Origin: Macrostomum lignano
Lineage: Eukaryota
Direction: 5' to 3'
Assembly (NCBI GenBank): GCA_002269645.1
Contig: NIVC01001623.1
Location: 1-64,000, forward strand
Length of the DNA stretch: 64,000 bases
The notes under the pieces were generated by a model. That model had not been told where the DNA came from, searched no databases, and was given only the letters and a program-made list of their open reading frames with translations. Positions 59,817-64,000 of this stretch are shown here, piece after piece. Numbering within the stretch: position 1 is the stretch's first letter; every line of letters begins with the position of its first letter. The position numbers and the translations under genes were made by a program.

Positions 59817-62800
59817 ACCGAAGGAGCTGGCATACAAGTAGAGGGGATTAACAAAAGGAGCTGAAAAACAAGCATTGAATGCCGTTCGTACAGAATAAAT
59901 ATTAAACAAGAAAATCAATGATAACAGCATTTCGAAATTGCGACTAGTTTCGATTTCTCAGCCATGCGTCTTCAGGCTTGTATACTATTAAATGTTAAAT
60001 TGCCAGAGTATAGCTCTTTGAAAGCTGAAATTGATGTACAGCAGTGTTGTTCAAACAGTTCAATATAGTCAACGTCCATGTACAAAGTGTCGGTTCTGAT
60101 TGATCACTCTCGTCCCTCAGTTTAACCATTCTCAAAGCGCTTTACATTAAATGAAAGCGACGGAGCCCTAAAGGCTAATAAATTCCTTTTTCGCACGAGT
60201 GCCAGAAACCCAAGTACGAGCGTATATAGCAGGTCCCTTTCAAGATGGTGTCGAGGGCCATGATGACATCCGGCTTGTCTTGTCAGGCGATCACCTGGTC
60301 CTGGTCGTCGGTGCCCTTCAGGACGCTGGCGCCGTCTGGATTCACTTCGTCATCCTCTTCGCTGCTGCTGGTGTTGTCTTCATCAACCTGGCTAGCGTGA
60401 GTAACTTTGGACTTACTTGAATCAACTGCAGTGGGATCCGGGACTCCAGGAGTAGGATTTCGCGGCGCGAGCCATTCTTCTCTCTGCTAATGATGGTCGA
60501 TGCCATGTAAGATCTTCCACCCGAAAAGTGATCCGGTGGGCCCAGCTGCGGTGCGTCACGTGAGAAAGAGCTGTTAAGCATGATGTCCAGCGATTGTGAT
60601 TCAATTTTCAATTTCTCACAGTCTTCATGAATTATTTTACAAGCTGAACGGATTGATCGAGCTGTTGGCTGACTATTTAGGCTACTGCAAGTAGTGGCAA
60701 GAAAAGTGAGAGCAATGTTTATGCTTTTCTATGCCTAAAACGATTATTTTTTAGGAGTTGCTTAGTTTATATAATAAAGACTTGAAGAAAGCAAGGCAGT
60801 AAATAAAGAGTCAAAGCCACATATCTGTGTGAATAACCTGGAGCTTTGCTGTTTGAAAGCATTCTCTATTTGGTGGTAGTTCGATGATAATTCTTACAAA
60901 TGCTAAATTAAATTCAATTGGAATGCAGTTACCACACATTTTCGCCACAGGGCAGCGATGCTTTAGGTGGTGGTCGAGTTCATTCTACTTGAAACCGACA
61001 TGTAGGACTCGCTAGAACAGCAGGTTGAGGCGGCGGATGCTTACAAATCAGCGATGAGCGAGTCACCAAAGCGGCACTCTATCGCCACGCCAGTCTAACA
61101 TGTTTAAATCGTGGCCGTCGGCGACTCCAGCTTCATATGCCACATCATCCGCACCAAGTCGTACTTCTCGTCAGTGGGTAGCGGGCAAGGAGAGGCGCAC
61201 ACTTGGCGTTTCGTCGACTGCCCGCTGGCCGACGTCGGCACCCCGGATTCGCTCCTTCAGGCGCACCATGTGACACGGTTCTCATTTTAAGGCGCAACTT
61301 GTTGTTTTTGTTGCCCGAAATCGCTCTGTCAGTCGCACCCCTGACGCTCGAATTGTGAGAAACCCATCCTTGAATGAAAACCGAGATAATTGCACCATAT
61401 CGTTGTATAAGTGTGTGTAGATTTTACTAGTCATTTCTAGTATTGCTATATTGTCCTGGCAGGCAATCTTTCCACCATTTTCCATCTTTCCACTGACTAG
61501 CTGACGCATCACGGGATGCTCTGTGTACAAGCTAGTTAGTGCAGGCCACACAGATGAAGCTATGCACACCACTTTGAAAGAAGGGCAATAGCGCACAAAG
61601 CAGACAGCCACTAGCAATCACTTTATGATGTTAGAGAAAGAAGAGCTTAAATTTGCATAGAAATTCTTTCTGCAAAGCAGCAGTCCACCCCACAGAAAAG
61701 CAAAGTCTAGTGTCTGACATTTGTGCAATGTACAATTGTAAGCAATACTTTTCTGCATGACTAACAATTCCCTCTACCAAGCAGCTGTGCACTAAGCTCT
61801 CACACCGGCTCCTGCCTGTTGCCATGAAGGCTTATTGTTTGCTTTACCCTCTGTTTGCTTTGCAATACAAAAAATTTCGTCGCGGTCTGTACATGCATGC
61901 AAATGTAGATAGCAGGGTACACCACTGCTGCGATAATGCCAGACTGCATTTTTTTCTGAAGTTCTCCTCTATCCGTACATTTATGCATATGTGCATAGTC
62001 ACTAGTCAGAAAACAGCCCTATCGGTGTGGGCTGTTTCCACTGGAAAATCTTCTAACACCCTTCATAGTTGAATTTGCTCCGTTGTTTGAATAGGGCTGG
62101 CTGGGCGATCCATGGTAAATCCGGGGCCGTTCCTTGCGCAATTTATGACTACCACTATGCAAAGTACCATTATGCTGCCTGAATCCATTCGATCAGATCT
62201 GAAAAACACAACCTAGTGGCCATTATAGTAGTTAGCATAGTAATCCTTCAGGGAATATTTCGCGACATCATAGCACAGCGTAAATAGAGTTTTCAAGGTA
62301 CTGCTGACAGAAAGAGGATGTGTGCGATTTGCGAGATCGACTTCAGAGCTTCTCTGGAAGTGCGTCATCTGTTAACATCGAGGTCTCCCGCTCGACTATT
62401 ATTTTCACCAGTTGATACGTGAAGTCAGGAAAAGACCTGATATGGACGCAGATTTGATTCGACTTGTGTACCAGCGACTTTGTCAAGGAACTGCTCAAAC
62501 GCCCGAGCGGGGCAGCTAAACTTGATGGTAATTGTCTCCTCATCTGCTGTTTTTCAGAATATACGAACTAGAATCGCTTCTTTCCGATCTCCTAATGTCT
62601 TCTACTAGCATTGAAAAGCTATCTCTGGAAATTCTAGATTTATTGCAGGCTCCTCGTAGAACAAATTTACACGCTAATAATGCAGTTCAGACTACTCGTA
62701 CTTACGTAGTCAGTAGTCTGACAGCAGTCAGATGTTAAAAAATAGTCTAACAAAAATAAATTAAATTACTCGACTTCGAACAAACAAATTAAAGCAACAA

Positions 62801-63204
62801 TTAATTATTACTAACAATAGAACAACCTTTTGAATGCTACTATTCAGAGTTTATTACAAAACATATTGTCTAATTTAACTAAAAGCTATATGAAAATTTT
62901 AAAGTTATATATTACAAAAATTCGGTTCCATGTTCGATATGTATTAAGCCTTCGAGCTCAAATCTTAAACATGAAAGTTCAGATCTTTCAGAATAAAATT
63001 AAAATGAATTTTATTCGGACAAAAGTGCTGCTCCAGTTTCTTTTCATTGTTGCCGGACTGCAGTGAGTTGATTAATTTGCAGCTCTCTGATTTAAAAAAG
63101 TGGCTGTGCGGACTAAATAAGTGATTTTTAGCTACTCTACAACCACATGAGTTATAGCTTTAGGATTTCCATCAAATTTAGAATAGCAACAATAGTGGGC
63201 TCTG

Positions 63205-64000
63205 TTTGTCAGCTTCTTCTGTAGTGATCTCTACTTGTTTATCAGCTTCTTCTGCAAATGATCTCTGCTTGTTTGTCAGCTTCTTCTGCAAATGATCTCT
63301 GCTTTTTTGTCAGCTTCTTCTGCAAATTATCTCTGCTTGTTTGTCAGCTTCTTCTGTAGTGAGATCTGCTTGTTTGTCAGCTTCTTCTGTTAGTGAGGTC
63401 TGCTTGTTTGTCAACTTCTTCTGTTAGTGAGGTCTGCTTGTTTGTCAGCTTCTTCTGTAGTGATCTCTACTTGTTTGTCAGCTTCTTCTGTTAGTGAAGT
63501 CTGCTTGTTTGTCAGCTTCTTCTGTTAGTGAGGTCTGCTTGTTTGTCAACTTCTTCTGTTAGTGAGGTCTGCTTGTTTGTCAGCTTCTTCTGTTAGTGAG
63601 GTCTGCTTGTTTGTCAACTTCTTCTGTTAGTGAGGTCTGCTTGTTTGTCAGCTTCTTCTGTAGTGATCTCTACTTGTTTGTCAGCTTCTTCTGTTAGTGA
63701 AGTCTGCTTGTTTGTCAGCTTCTTCTGTTAGTGAAGTCTGCTTGTTTGTCAGCTTCTTCTGTTAGTGAGGTCTGCTTGTTTGTCAGCTTCTTCTGTTAGT
63801 GAGGTCTGCTTGTTTGTCAGCTTCTTCTGTTAGTGAGGTCTGCTTGTTTGTCAGCTTCTTCTGTTAGTGAGATCTGCTTGTTTGTCAGCTTCTTCTGTTA
63901 GTGAGGTCTGCTTGTTTGTCAGCTTCTTCTGTTAGTGAGGTCTGCTTGTTTGTCAGCTTCTTCTGTTAGTGAGGTCTGCTTGTTTGTCAACTTCTTCTGT
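63205..64000. repeat. 34-bp satellite, array B (runs off the window end)
   Basis: GTCAGCTTCTTCTGTTAGTGAGGTCTGCTTGTTT; same family as 37060-38215. Confidence 0.97.

Noticed and set aside
59553-59930. Minus-strand ORF with OTU-like NGSDCLYRAL
   Set aside because: Antisense to the mariner remnant, which explains the region better; motif spacing is wrong for OTU.
60199-61280. Exon-like GC-rich segments on the minus strand (strong GTAAGT donor near 60416)
   Set aside because: Could not be chained into an open, recognisable protein; possibly a gene fragment, but unsupported.

Overview
Eukaryotic (animal) genomic DNA with spliced genes, GC-rich exons and many minisatellites. The style is compatible with a flatworm such as Macrostomum, but that is inference. 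From left to right: (1) the right-hand ~10.3 kb of an AT-rich Polinton/Maverick (adintovirus-like) endogenous virus, with a lectin-tipped fibre, a split membrane-protein gene, pPolB, two core-protein genes and a terminus at 10303 that can fold back as a hairpin; (2) a 1.2-kb foldback element with 378-bp TIRs and a 12-bp satellite; (3) an intact, recent Ty3/Gypsy element with a -1 frameshift pseudoknot; (4) a stand-alone SAM methyltransferase; (5) a 16-exon divergent Slo/BK-family K+ channel with an SVGFG filter, no Ca2+ bowl, and a different minisatellite in most introns; (6) a single-pass membrane-protein gene; (7) a decayed BEL/Pao element; (8) an 11-exon gene whose predicted 639-aa product joins an eIF4E-binding motif and an eIF4G-type MIF4G domain to a class I methyltransferase paralogous to (4), which is the most novel candidate; (9) a mariner remnant and a second array of a 34-bp satellite. 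Most long ORFs in the supplied track over repeats are spurious. All homology calls come from motif recognition by eye; no database searches were run.
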